From Eledone cirrhosa (Eukaryota), in the NCBI GenBank assembly GCA_964016885.1, contig OZ024741.1, positions 163,804,001 through 163,868,000 on the forward strand: a stretch of DNA of 64,000 bases, given 5' to 3'. Position 1 is the first letter of the stretch; every line of letters starts with the position of its first letter. Made by a program: the position numbers and the translations under genes. Below, piece by piece: positions 12,763 through 25,559 of this stretch. The notes below the pieces were generated by a model that ran no database searches, was not told the origin of the DNA, and saw only the letters and a list, made by a program, of their open reading frames with translations.

Positions 12763-13896
12763 CTAGCGTGGGCTCTGGGTCCCCCCTTCCCTCTTTTCAC
12801 ATGGTTCTGCTGAGTGCTTGTATTGCCATATTCTGGTTGTGAGTGGTTTTTTTATCCTACTCCTGTTGATGCTAGCTATGTGTTGGGCCAGATTTCTCGT
12901 GGTGGAATACGAGAGCTTCACGGTGTGTCTGTTGAAGATCCTGTGGTATCTATGGTCCCTCGGGAAGCATTTATCAAGTGCTCCAAAGAATGATCGGGCC
13001 AAGCTGTTCTTTAGGGCCGCTGAGTAGGGTGGGTTGTACCACGTGATTTTTCTGTGTCTCCTCCTATATGTGTGGGTCGGAGGCGTCGTGATTTGTTGGA
13101 GATTTGTTGGGTTGCTGGTGGTTCCCGCACTGTTGCTTCCCCTTTGGGCGCTATGCTTTTTGTTATCCTCACGGCCCGAATCTGTGGGGTGGACGGTGCC
13201 CGCGCTGGGAGATCTATCGTGGGGTGTTCCCCCGTTTCCCCTCCCCCCACGTGTCCTGCGGTTGGGGTCGTCGGTCCTGGGGTGGTTAGCGTCACCCCTG
13301 AGATTGCTACTCATATTGGGTTTCATCTCATGGTTAAGCGTACTAGTCACCAACGCCCGTGTGGTGGTGTCGGGCACATGGTGCCTATTAGTTTCTGCTC
13401 TGCCTGTATTGTTAGGGTTCGCCACTGCCTTGGTTATGGATCTAGGGTGGTTTGATTTGGCGTTAACATATACGAGTTTCTCGTTGGGCTTGTGGTAGGA
13501 GTAGTATTGTTCGGTGTTCAGGTTTAGGGTGATGTCTAGGAAGATAACTACCTTCCTATTTGGGTCTAGTTCTATACTGAGCCCCTGGTTCTTAAAGAAA
13601 TGGCGAATACGCCTCCTCGTTCCCTCCAACATATTGGTGCTGTGGTCATATACTGTGAATAGAGCATCGTCACGATATAATCCGCCGCCCAGGCAGGGGA
13701 TTTCATCTTTTATCTGCTTCAGCAGGTAGAGCCCAACCAGGTCCGTTACCTGTGCTGAGTCGCTGGAGCCCATCGTGATGTCAAAGTTATTTGGCCAATC
13801 ACTCCTCGTCCAAAGGTCTCCATCGAAACGGATTAAGGTCTTTCTTGCGTCGTGGATGATGCTCACCTCCTCTCGGGTTAGGTCCGTATTGGACAT
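12763..13896 (-). CDS. PLE reverse transcriptase fragment plus low-complexity linker (defective)
   Basis: 377-aa ORF with FDITMG, YRDD, FLDITLNL, YHKPN and WYNPP; upstream frame contains stops. Confidence 0.8.
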   Translation of the reverse strand: MSNTDLTREEVSIIHDARKTLIRFDGDLWTRSDWPNNFDITMGSSDSAQVTDLVGLYLLKQIKDEIPCLGGGLYRDDALFTVYDHSTNMLEGTRRRIRHFFKNQGLSIELDPNRKVVIFLDITLNLNTEQYYSYHKPNEKLVYVNAKSNHPRSITKAVANPNNTGRAETNRHHVPDTTTRALVTSTLNHEMKPNMSSNLRGDANHPRTDDPNRRTRGGRGNGGTPHDRSPSAGTVHPTDSGREDNKKHSAQRGSNSAGTTSNPTNLQQITTPPTHTYRRRHRKITWYNPPYSAALKNSLARSFFGALDKCFPRDHRYHRIFNRHTVKLSYSTTRNLAQHIASINRSRIKKPLTTRIWQYKHSAEPCEKREGGTQSPR

Positions 13897-15404
13897 CGCT
13901 AAAAATAGGGCCTTATTGAGTACTATGGGTGAGATTGAGGAGTAGTAGCTTGCGATGTCCAGTTATATAAAGCTGGTCTTACTTTTGTCATGTAGTATCT
14001 TAAACCATTCTATTACTTCTCCCGTGCATGACCATTGCTGTAATTTAGTTTTCTTCCGAAGCTTGGGCTAAATCCTATCTAGTATTCTTTATATTATGCC
14101 TGAACAAAACCCTCGAGATACTAAGAGGTGGAAGCGGCCTGATAACCCTCAGAACCGACTTCTTCGGGACATGCAGACACCTTAGAGCAGGGACCTTCCT
14201 CAAGATATATGGACAGTAGCAACACAAGAAGATGTGAACTCCCCTCAAGGGAACAACCCAGGCTGAGCAGACACCATGATAGCCTAGATATTGAATCGGA
14301 CACAGCCATTATAATTTGGCCAACATCTATATAACACAAACACATTTTAATTTACTTGATTTCTGATTTTCAATTTTCAATTTTCAATCTTGATTTCTCT
14401 TTATTAATTTGTTATTTGTTTTCTGTTCTCTCCACTGTATCACCTTATATTTATTTTTAAGTTGAGATTGATTATAACACAAACACATTTTGTTTGATTA
14501 TCTTATTCTTTTATTATTTTAACATCTTGTTCCTCATACCAATCTATCCAACATATTTCTGACCTTGAGATTGGTTATAGCACACACACTTTATCCTACT
14601 TTATTTGAATCTTCATTTTATTTTTCACTTTTCCGTATTCATTTTCATTACTTTTTCACCAATTTTTCATTTATTCTTTATTCTCTATTTATTATTTATT
14701 TTCTGTTTTCTTCAATTATTGCCTTATATTTCTTCATATACATGGAAGAACCCCACCCGCCACCACCACCACCATCACCACCACCACCACCACCACCACG
14801 GGAGATGGTGGCAGGAGGGATGGAAAAACACACACAGATACTTCTAAATTGTCAGCAGCAGCAAGACATAAGCTGACCACAACACCAACAACACTACCGA
14901 AATAAGGATAGAGGTCAAATGTACTTAACAATAGCAAACACAAACACTACAGGGAGCCTCACCCCAGAAAGAATCTCTATAGACTTCTGACTGAGGAATG
15001 CTCTCAAAACTGACCAATGGGAAGTTTGACACTTTTTTTGTTATTTTGTTCCTTTACCACCTTGTTCCTTCTACCACTTTATCAATTGTTTAAGCTAACT
15101 CCAACAATAACAACACTACCAACACAAGAATTGAGGTCAGAGGTACCTAACAATAACAAGAACAACTACTACAGATTGGCTTGCCTCAGAACGAATTTCT
15201 ATAGACTTTTGAATGAGGAATGTTCTAACAACTGACCAATGAGAGGAGAAGAGGCCCTTTGACACTGAAATTCGTTTGTTTGAATTCATATGATTCCAGT
15301 TCCTCAGTGAAATAACAACCCAACCAGGAACTAGGCATATCAAAGTATTGACAACATTATACACCTCAACAACATATGTACTTGTCTATACCTCACTAAA
15401 TCGG

Positions 15405-15459
15405 ACTGCCTGAAGAGGTCACAGCCAAAGATGGCTGTCACCGAAATATATATAGCAGT
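15405..15459 (+). ncRNA. Type I hammerhead ribozyme motif in inverted PLE 3' terminus
   Basis: ACTGC-CTGAAGA-GGTCACAGCC AAAGAT GGCTGTCACC-GAAA-TATATA-TA-GCAGT. Confidence 0.88.
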
Positions 15460-15605
15460 AATAAACGAAGCTAAATTTTAAACATTTGACTTTTTATTTT
15501 ACTTTATTTTACATTACTCCGGAGTAACCAAACCAACCTGCGCACTTCGTCGAGTGCTCCAACCTGCATACTAGGTGTTGGTATACAACCAACATATACT
15601 CAAAA

Positions 15606-15803
<198 letters not shown>

Positions 15804-15960
15804 TCATTCAAAATTATAGACGTCATGTTTGAGGTAATTTCGAACACGTGTCTTATCTCCCAAAATCACCTCAAAGAAAAAGTTCAAAGAATAAATCCAT
15901 ATATATATATGTGTGTGTGGGGGGGGGTGTATGTGTGTGCGTGCGTGTGTGTGTGTGTGT

Positions 15961-16430
15961 TTGATGGCTCCATTTCGATTTCAAGTATTGTCATTACTTG
16001 ATCTTTTCTGACAATGGTTTAGCCCTGCCAAGGACTTACATTCATTTCTGCATATCTGCGACGATGAACGCGTGCTCCCATTTTGGTTCCCTGATTTCTT
16101 TTTTGTGAGCTTTTATATGACGACAAAATCCGCTGCCAGAGACACGTTGATTTCCACATTCCTAGCAGGAAGAAATTCCGAAGGGAACGGAATCGACAGC
16201 ATTTTGTGTATGGCTTCTCTGATGACTTCTTAGACTTCATTTACTGAGGCTAACCCGGCCATGCTCATTGCAAATAAAATTAATTTGAGCATCTGTAAAT
16301 CCAGGTTAAGTAATATCGTGCAAATCCCTCTTTAAAATTTCCTGCTCCACACAAAATTGTTCAAATTCGTTTTTTTCCATTAAATATTATATTCCTCCAA
16401 GATGATCGGTATAAGGTAATGTCTTCCTCC
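15961..16430 (-). mobile_element. Decayed RTE LINE 3' end with C2H2 finger relics
   Basis: Manual translation gives RSSWRNIIFNG..FICNEHGRVSLSK*SLRSHQRSH..C*ECG..RHIKAH; tail AATGACAATACTTGAAATCGAAATGGAGCCATCA resembles the tail at ~1670-1706. Confidence 0.7.
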
Positions 16431-16469
16431 TTATCCCTCTACGAAATTCCCCTCACAAGACATTGATCA

Positions 16470-16568
16470 ACTCCAAGACTATAAGTAGGACACATTTACC
16501 CAAGGTGTTACTCAGTGGAATACGCAGTTGCAAAACCAACTCCATAATCGTACAGCCATGCCTACGTC
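16470..16568 (-). mobile_element. SINE family 1 head fragment
   Basis: Reverse complement GGCATGGCTGTACG..CACCTTGGGTAAATGTGTCC resembles the other family 1 heads. Confidence 0.45.
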
Positions 16569-18269
16569 TATGTATGTATATATGAATGAATGTATGTATG
16601 GCATCTTGTATGCTGTGCGTATTTTTAATATATCCTAGGGATTTTCAGACCAACAATCACATCTCGGAAAATCTAAAGTAGACCATAAATCTAAATCAGA
16701 TCGGAATCTCATGATCCTTGGACGCCAGGGGAGAAATATTATTAGTACAGTGGCAATAGTTCTTGAGCCAACCTAACTCTAAGTCACTAAAATGTAAATG
16801 AAAAGATTGAAATTTGACAGTCGGATTTGAATTCGGAACTCCTGAACAACGAATGTTATATGTTCAATAATCTATTGATCCTCATTTAATCACAATTATT
16901 CGCATGGGTAATATAACCACAAACGACATTTATTTTATTATTGACAATTACAAGGATAATGAACAATGAAAGGTAATTTAATCCTGGGAGCCAGGCCTGA
17001 TATGACTTGGACCAATCTATGCGTAATTCGATTATCATAAAATACTGCAGGCCCCTACCTACAAATATAAAGTTAGAAGTTTAGTTTGGAATTTATGAAA
17101 TGCATGACATCTAATTATTCATAACCAATCAATATATCTAAAAGTAATATAAAATTTACCCTTTCGTTGAATCCATCATTGCTCCAGTTCATAATACACA
17201 TGTACATTTCTGCGACCTTTTCGTTTTATGGATCGTAAATGTATGCGATGAGGCTATCAGAAATTAAAATAGAACGCCTGACAGCATATGCTTGTTTATC
17301 GAACACTGGAATAAAGTGGAATAGCTCTTCAACTGATGCAGTCCAATAAACATTCACTGGTGGAGAAGAAATTCTGAGAATGATTTTGAATAAAATGATA
17401 AAGGGAAGTCTTAGAGGGGGTTACGAAATTAGCAATAGAACTACACTAAGATTGGTTATTGATTAGATCAGTCATATTTGGAAGGTCACCGAGGGAATAG
17501 GTCAGATCTCGTGAAATTTTGAAATTGGTTAGGTGACCAACAAATGCCTCCTCTTTCCTTATTTTTGCCATGTTTCTCTTGTAAACAGTAGTTATTCTTC
17601 TCAGACAAATCATTTCCTGTACCACCATGAAGCAACTTTGATTCAAAATTCTGTATTAAAAATCAAAGAATTTAAAAATAAAAGGTCAAAAGACTGTGAT
17701 AAAATTTCTATACAAAGGAACATAGAAATATTGATTGCATTCTGATAGATTCTCTCAACGTCTTATTCTTTTCATAATATCTGCTTGTTTTTTATTTTAT
17801 TCTTTTCTATTAATTCATTATTTTTGTAATAATATGATGAAATCCCGGCTTACTGAAAGTTTAATTAATAAACGAACTGAGAAGATAGTTAAACCTCATA
17901 TGAACTGTACACATCTCTTCACTATACACTTTGTAAATGTGAACAATACATTTCAGATAATAAACCGTATAGACAACCTTGAACTCTTGAACTTTCATTA
18001 TTGCATACAACAGAGATACTTTCCTTTATGTAATGAACGAATCTTTCAGACAAATGAAAATCAAAATAAGTAAACAAAATCTAGGTCATTCTAAATACGA
18101 TATGTATGTTTTCATTATATTTTAGGATAATTTTATCAAATTTTATCGTGAATCCCATCGACCACAGATCAAACAGTTATATTACAATTTATAATTTGCT
18201 GAACTTGGAAGATAATCTTCTGTTCATGTAGCATATCGTCTTCCAAAGCATTCCCAAAATATGAATATA

Positions 18270-19294
18270 CTAGCAGCAGTACTCAGCGTTGCCTAGGTGG
18301 TAAAATAATATCTGCTTTGATGAAAAGGTGTTGATCCTAGCGACTGCTTCTCGATGACTCATCTATGGCCACACACAGGCCATGCGAGGGGGGGTGGTGA
18401 TGACCTCTATCACTGAGAAACGCGGGTGACAAACGAAGGGGCCTGCTGGGGGAGGGATGTAATGACCTCCAATACTAAGCCAAATTTCCTCACGCTACTT
18501 GAATGGAAACCGATGAATTCTCAAATACACAACTAAAAGCTCAGACGACGTCAGTGGCCATCGTTTTGCCTTTTACCATCTATAAGATGTGCAATGATAG
18601 GTTCTATCGTAGTATAAAAGTTGAACCAAATAAATTGATTTATGTAAGAGGTGGAGCCGAAGTTTCGAATTTGAACGAAATCGGTTGAAAAATGTGGGAG
18701 CTAGAGCCGAAAAGGCGGAAATTTGAGCGAAAAGGGGGTATTTTCGAATATTTAAGCGGCTGCCACGCCGTTCCTGAACAAAATATCCAAAATGTAAAGC
18801 CACTTTAAGACGTGAAATAATCAGATCTAGCGTAGTGTAAAATTTGAACAAATTAGGTTGATTAATGTGGGAGCACGCCTGAAAAAGTGGAAATTTGAGT
18901 CTAAAAGTGGTATTTTTTTATATTTTTTAATATTTAAGCGGCTGCCACGCCGTCCCTGAATAACAGATGCAAATATAAAGCCATTACAGGATGTGCAATG
19001 ATAAATTCTATTTTGCTTTAAAATTTGAAAGAAATCGGTGGGAAAATGTAGGAGCTAGAGCCAAAAATCTTATTTTTCGATACCTAAAAAAAGGTGACCC
19101 CCCCCCCCTATCGATTTTTATCTACAGAATGACCCCGGAATAAAAAGACCGATACGCTGATATATAGAAAACACTCCCCGATGACTAATCTATGAGCCTG
19201 TAAAGTTTCATGAAAATCAGTCGTAAGATGTAGGCCCCTAAAGAGACACACAGAGACACACACATACTTAATTTTATATATATATATATAAAGA
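18270..19294 (-). mobile_element. Non-autonomous Helitron with internal ~190-bp tandem repeats
   Basis: Minus strand begins A|TCTTTATATA and ends with an imperfect GC hairpin followed by CTAG|T (A/T insertion, no TSD); AATATTTAAGCGGCTGCCACGCCG recurs at ~18748 and ~18929. Confidence 0.75.
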
Positions 19295-19519
19295 TTTGTG
19301 TACCATATAGAGGGGAAAATCTTAACGTTAGCATTTTCGTCTCTTCGTGGTATACAGACTGTGAATTTCTTTGACGATTACCAATAGCTTCCCCACGCTC
19401 GGGTTATTTTACCTTGCTTTCCTTGAATATTATTATTTTCTTCAAAAATGTTAATCAAACAGTCATTAATTCACTAAATAATTTGTTTGATTAGAGGACA
19501 GATATTTTCTTCTTATCGA

Positions 19520-20270
19520 GTCACTACACCACACCCATCCAGTGTTGCTCACAGAGCCTTGCCTGGAGTGTTAAGACTTCAATGTCGTTAAGTGTGCATG
19601 AATCTTCGAGATTGGCGCAAACTAGGAGGTGCTCCATAGTTTGTAATTGCCTGCATTGGCAATTGGAATCATTATCAGTGGTATAGTCCTATTTCTGAAG
19701 GTTGGCTCTATAGGCAGGACCAGAAGGGCCCAGCATCACTGGAGTCAGGTGAGGGATTCTGTAGGGATGAGAGAGAGCCTGTGTTCCACGTTGTTAAGGT
19801 CGCTGTACCACGGGGACAAGTGTTGACTAGAAGCTTTGTTTGTTCACTGGTTCGACTGAGTGCAGAAAGTTGTGTCTTGACTTGAGCTTCTTTGTCATTG
19901 GTTCACAGCCGTGGAGTGGATGACGAGGGTCAGTTTCCTGCCTGAACTTCTCAAGTTGGTAGTAGACCTTCTTTCTGATGTGAGGGGGAGCAATGCGACT
20001 AAGCAAGTAGAAGTCAACCACCTTGGTTGGCTTGAGACCCAGTGACTGATCTGCAGCACGTGTTTAGGGCAGGGTTGAATTTTTTGGCATGTGATGATCT
20101 GGTCCACACTGATGTGATGAGGCGTATTCTACTGTGGAGTAGCAAAGGGCTTGGGCTGTGGTGCGGATTGTACCGGCATGGGTACCCCATTTAGTGTTAC
20201 TCAGATTCTTTAGGATGTTGTTTCTTGATCCAACCTTGGCTTTAGTCTTTGCAGGAGGTATGTAAGCTAC
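19520..20270 (-). mobile_element. Ingi/Vingi-clade LINE 3' fragment
   Basis: KVGSRNNILKNLSNTKWG..RTTAQALCYSTVEYA, LKPTKVVDFYLLSRIAPPHIR, DPRHPLHG..LKSRHNF; frameshifted. Confidence 0.75.
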
Positions 20271-20613
20271 CGGTCCAGAGTGATCCCAAGATAGATAGGA
20301 CCAGAGAATAATGAACTTTAATATTATGTATTTTATCAAATACAATGTTTCCATATAGATTTACTGTTATATGTAGGTTTTATGCTTAACTATAAAATCT
20401 ATATAACCCAGATGTATAGTTCATTTAAAGTGATGAAGTAATTACCAATGTTTATTGACCCAGAAAATTATAATCTATCTATTTATTAGATTTTACAGAT
20501 GTGCAAATATATGTTATAAGAAAATATTTACATACTGTTTTACTAAATAAGACTATGTACGAAAAAGAAATATCGGGTTTCCACTCATAAATAGTTTTCT
20601 CTTTTACTCTTTC

Positions 20614-20694
<81 letters not shown>

Positions 20695-21289
20695 CGTTTA
20701 TAGTAATTGAATCAATATAAAACAATTGTTAATTATCTAATTATTTATTTAATTGTATATTTATTTTGGTATATGAAATAAATCGAGATTTTTCATTTCG
20801 TTTTCACCATATTGCATATCTATATTAACGTGACCTCCCTTTTTCTGTAGATCGGAGACATGAATTTCGGAGTTACCAAATTTAAGTTTTCAATTTCATA
20901 CCACTTCCAGTATCGAGTACTCTCTTGAACACACACATGCACACAAACACGCGCACGCACACGAGCGGACACACACACGTACACCACATGTATGTATATA
21001 TATATATATATATTAGAAAGTGCGTTTTTTTTACAAAATGAAAAATAACCGAGGTGTCCAACACGAGTGAAAGTATAAAGAAAAAAAGATGAAATCGAAA
21101 ATGCAACTGGAATCTTATTATAAAAAATATATATATATATTTATTTGGTTCCTTTACCGGTTTCGCAGTTCTTCTGCTTTTCAAAAGTAGAGTTGAAATA
21201 GAGGGTCTGTGGTTTTTCTTACATCTGGTTGGTCTTTGAATGTTACTTGTTTTATATGGAAAAAAGTGACTCGAAACGCCAGGTTTTTA

Positions 21290-21710
21290 AAGAAGTAATT
21301 TGATTGGTTGGTCAATATGTATAATAAATTTCGTGCCAGTTCGCGTTACAAGGTTCTTCAAACAGGGGGGGGGGGGGGCTCAGGTTGTTTTTTTTTCATA
21401 TATGAGTGTTTGAATTACTTTTTACTTAAAAAGGGGGGCTCACGAAGGCTTTTTTTTTAAATGTAATTTGATTGGTTATAAATGGCTGTCACGTGAACAA
21501 GTTCATTAAAATTTCGTGCCCGTATTTGGAAATTTATTTTGTAGCCTTTTACAGAATTTTATGACAATAAAAAAAGTGGCTCCCGAAGGCTTTTTTTTTA
21601 AATGCAATTTGATTGGTTATAAATGAAATTATGACTGTCACGTGAACAAGTTCCGCGCCCGTATTTGTGAATTTCTTCTCTAGCCATTTAGAGAATTTTA
21701 TGACAAGCAA
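21290..21710. repeat. Diverged ~135-170-bp tandem repeat (about 3 units)
   Basis: AATTTGATTGGTT recurs at ~21297, 21465 and 21606; CTGTCACGTGAACAAGTTC occurs twice. Confidence 0.7.
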
Positions 21711-21843
21711 AAGATAATGGTCAAGAGAAATGGGATGGGAGAATTGTTCTGGTTCAGTGACTACGGCTAGTTCGCTGGAGTGTCAGAGTTAAGATTTTCT
21801 ATTGAAATAAAGAAAGTAAACATATGTATGTTTATTTGTGTGC

Positions 21844-21907
<64 letters not shown>

Positions 21908-21939
21908 GTGCGTGTGCGTGTGTGCGTGTGTGCGTGTGT

Positions 21940-21995
<56 letters not shown>

Positions 21996-22006
21996 GCGTG
22001 TGTGCG

Positions 22007-22039
<33 letters not shown>

Positions 22040-22328
22040 AGGAAGATGATTCTATTAGTAGAAATGGGGAAGGGAGTTGTGTGCGTGTGTATATGGGTGT
22101 GTGTGTGTGGGGGAGTATGTTAAGATGGAGAGAATATATATATCTTGTGTGTGTGTGTAGGAAAGTGATTCTATTAGTAGAAATAGGGGCGGGTGTTGTG
22201 TGTGTGGGGGGTGTTATGTGTGTATGGGTGTTATATGTGTGTGGGAGTATGGTTAGCATGTTAAGATGAAGATAATATATATTTTGTGTGTGTGTGGGGG
22301 GGGATGATTCCGTTAGTAGGAATATTTT

Positions 22329-25300
22329 TGAATGAACATATTTTCCTTACTTATTCGTATTTGTTCTGTTGTATTGTCAGCGCAAACATATGTTAAGGTT
22401 TATTTAGTTCGGGTCTTTATTTTTATTTTAGGTGTTTTGTGTGTGTGTATATGTATTTTTAGATGGTTAGCATGTTATGGTGTTGATATAATGTATATTA
22501 AACCATATTTAATGCTGGTCTATTTTTTTGAATAAACATATTTTCCTTATTTATTTGTATTTGTTCTGTTGTATTGTCAGCGCAAAGGTAAAATGGGAAG
22601 ACTTGGAATTTGGGTGTCTTATTACTTGCGCAAATGTCTAGATGTTCGCTTAGTGGTATCTGTCTCGTGGTTGGATCTCGTAATTGTTGGCGATGAACTG
22701 TCATTCTATTTCTGAGTGTGAGTTTAGTTTGCCCTATATAATCTTCATTGCATCCTTTACAAATTAGATTTTTTGATGAGCAAGTGAAGTGACTTTTTAC
22801 AGCAAAATTTTGTCCCGATTTAAATGTATAGTGTTGCCTTCAATGAGGTGAGTGCAGGTTCCACAATTAGAGCGACCACATTCTTTGACAGTTGGTTGTG
22901 GGTTTCTGGTAGGTAATTTGGCATTGGGGAGTAATGTTTTCAGTGATTTTGGTTGTCTTTTGCTTTTGATTATTTTGTGTGTTTCAAGGACTTTTTGCAT
23001 TCTTGAGTCTTGTTTCAGTAGTGGGATGTTCTTCTGAATAGTGTTGTAAGCTTCCGCATTTCTTGGGTTGTGTGTTGAGATATATGATAGAATATTGGAC
23101 GTACCTTGAATTTGTTTCTGTTTTCGTAATTCATCAATGCCCTTTCTATTCCATTATTTATTAGTAATAGTGGGTACTGTCTTTCGAGTAGAATTTCCTT
23201 TAATTCTTGAAGTCTTTTATTTCGCGTTTCATAATTGGAGACAATTGTGCAAATTCTTCTTGCTAGGTTAAAAGGAATGTTCGTCTTCGTGTGCTTTGGA
23301 TGGTTGGGGGTGAATAGCAGGTATTGTTTGGAATCTGTTGGTTTGTAGTGTATGTCAGTTTCAATATTTGTGTCTTTTTTTTAATATTAAGATGTCCAGA
23401 AATGTGAGTTGATGTTGGCTGTATTCCATTGTGAATTGGATGTGGTTATTGATGCCGTTTATTAATTTTTTGAAATCATTCAGTTGGTCGAGTGTGTGGG
23501 CCCAAAGAATAAGATAATCGTCCAAGTAGCGTTTCCAATTCTCTGATAAATATTTGTGGAAGTTCAATCCGTATTTTGATTTGGACTGTTCATAAATCTG
23601 GACTTCTAAGTATGCCATGACTAAGTTGGCATAAGTCACCCATCGCAGTCCCCGATATTTGCTTGTAAGTACTGCCATCGAAATCAAAAAAGTTGTTCTG
23701 TAAGATAAATTGTAATCCCTCGGTGATGAATCTTTTTTCTATTCTGTCAGGTATCTCATTGGGATATTTCTCTAGCCAGAATCCTATTGCTGCTAGTCCG
23801 TATTGGTGTGGGATCGTTGTGTAGATATTCACTACATCGAAAGACACAATAATAGTATCGTTGTTGACATGTTTGGGGAGGTAGTTTAAGAGATCCAGAT
23901 CGTCTCTTACAAGGCTTGGTATGTGTTTGAGAATTGGTTTTAGTAGTATGTCTACAAAGTCGCTCAGTCTGTGTGTTTCACATTGTGGGCCCGCTACAAT
24001 TGGTCTTAATTTAAGGTCTGTGGGTATTGTGTGTTCACGCAGGCTGAGGTGGATTGTTTACAGGCATCGTTAATTATTTTACACTTGTGGATCTTCGGAA
24101 GTCTGTAAAGGTTGCTGGTTTTGTATTCAAAATGTGTTAAATAATCGCGTTCCTTTTTAGTTAAGTCTTCCTGGTATCGACAAATCAGTGTGTTTAATCT
24201 GGTCATTGTTTTTGATTGCTGGTAGCTTTTTACTCTTTCATAGTAATTAGTATTTTTTAAGAGAGAGAGCATAGAATTTTTATATTTATCAGCATCCATA
24301 ATGACAACAGTACTTCCCTTGTCCGCTTCCTTAATTACAATGTCCGTATTGTTTTTTAGTTCATGGATAATCTCCCATTCCCTTCGACTCGTGTTGGGTT
24401 TAGGTTGCGGTTGTTCATGGTATGGGAAAGTGGCTATGTGGTCACAAAATTTGTCCAGAACTCTGTTTCTACCTTTTGTTGGGTTGTAGCTGCTTTTATT
24501 CCGTACAATTGATTGGTCGGTATTCTCCTTGTCAAAGAATTCCTCTGTGAGACGTAATTTTCTACAGAAGTGTGAGATATCGTCATTTATCTCATTGAGG
24601 TTAGAGTAGTGTGGTGTTGGTGTGAATTTCAGTCCTTTGGAGAGAATTTTTACGTGTTGGGCTCAGAGGTTTGTTTTGAAAGGTCTTTCAAAATCGGTTT
24701 TTCAAAATCGGTTTGTGCCACCGGGTGTCGTGGGTCCTGTAGCCTTGGTCTAAAAAATTATTTTTCTGGAATGTTTTTTCAATGGTATTATTTTATCTAA
24801 TAGCATTTCCCCTGTTGTTGTGTGGTCTTGTATAGAAGTTTCGGACGTATTGAGGCTCGGTTTGTTGATATTCCGGGTTGTAGATTTTGTTCCTTTGTGT
24901 GGGTTGGGATCTACGATTTTGGAACAGGCTCTGTGTGGGCAGGGGTCTACGGTTTTGGAATAGGTTTTGTGTGGGTTGTGATCTGCGGATCGGGTCTTGT
25001 CTTATGTTGGGGGATCTTCGGTTTTTGTTAGTAGGGTTATAGTTTTGCTGGGGGTATGTTGGACGTTTTGTTACTTTTTTTGTTATTTGTTGTGCATGTG
25101 GTGTGTGAGTTTTAGTTTGTTTTAAAAATGGGTTACCTGTATGTTGTTCATTTTTAAAATCCATTTCGTAGTTGTTGAACCAGGAGGCGTTTTTTTCCCA
25201 TCGCTGGAGGGATGTTAGTTCTTCATCCTCACAGTTTGCTTTCCAAAGTTTTAAGGTTTTTTCATAGAGTAGGCCTTCGGAGTACCTTGAGATTTTTGTT

Positions 25301-25480
25301 ACCATCTGTTGGTCGAGTGACTTGAATTTTTCTTCGTTGGAGTTGGCTCTTAATCGTAACAGTTCTATTTCTATTTTAAATTTTTCTAACGCCATCTTTT
25401 CCCTAAGTTTTTGTTGGTTTTCTGGTTCATTCGGGATGGGTTTTATCTGGAGTTTTTTGGGGAGGATGATTGGGGTAGGT
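22329..25480 (-). mobile_element. Penelope-like element (Neptune/Naiad-like), near full-length, decayed
   Basis: ADKGSTVVIMD, LYRLPKIHK, RPIVAGP, SFDVVNIYTTIPH, YKQISGTAMG, WKRYLDD, CGRSNCGTC linker, GIY-YIG CKGCNEDYIGQT..RMTVHRQQ; 58-bp direct repeat at 22329/22529; 5' end abuts (TA)n. Confidence 0.9.
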
Positions 25481-25484
25481 ATAC

Positions 25485-25559
<75 letters not shown>

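Noticed and set aside
16019-16240. ORF next to a GTAAGT donor-like site, suggesting a host exon
   Set aside because: Another frame shows decayed RTE zinc fingers, so it is a LINE relic
17160-18260. Exon-like segments on the minus strand (AG..GT bounded, e.g. 17160-17373)
   Set aside because: In-frame stops and no recognisable protein motif in any frame I translated; a tBLASTx search would be needed
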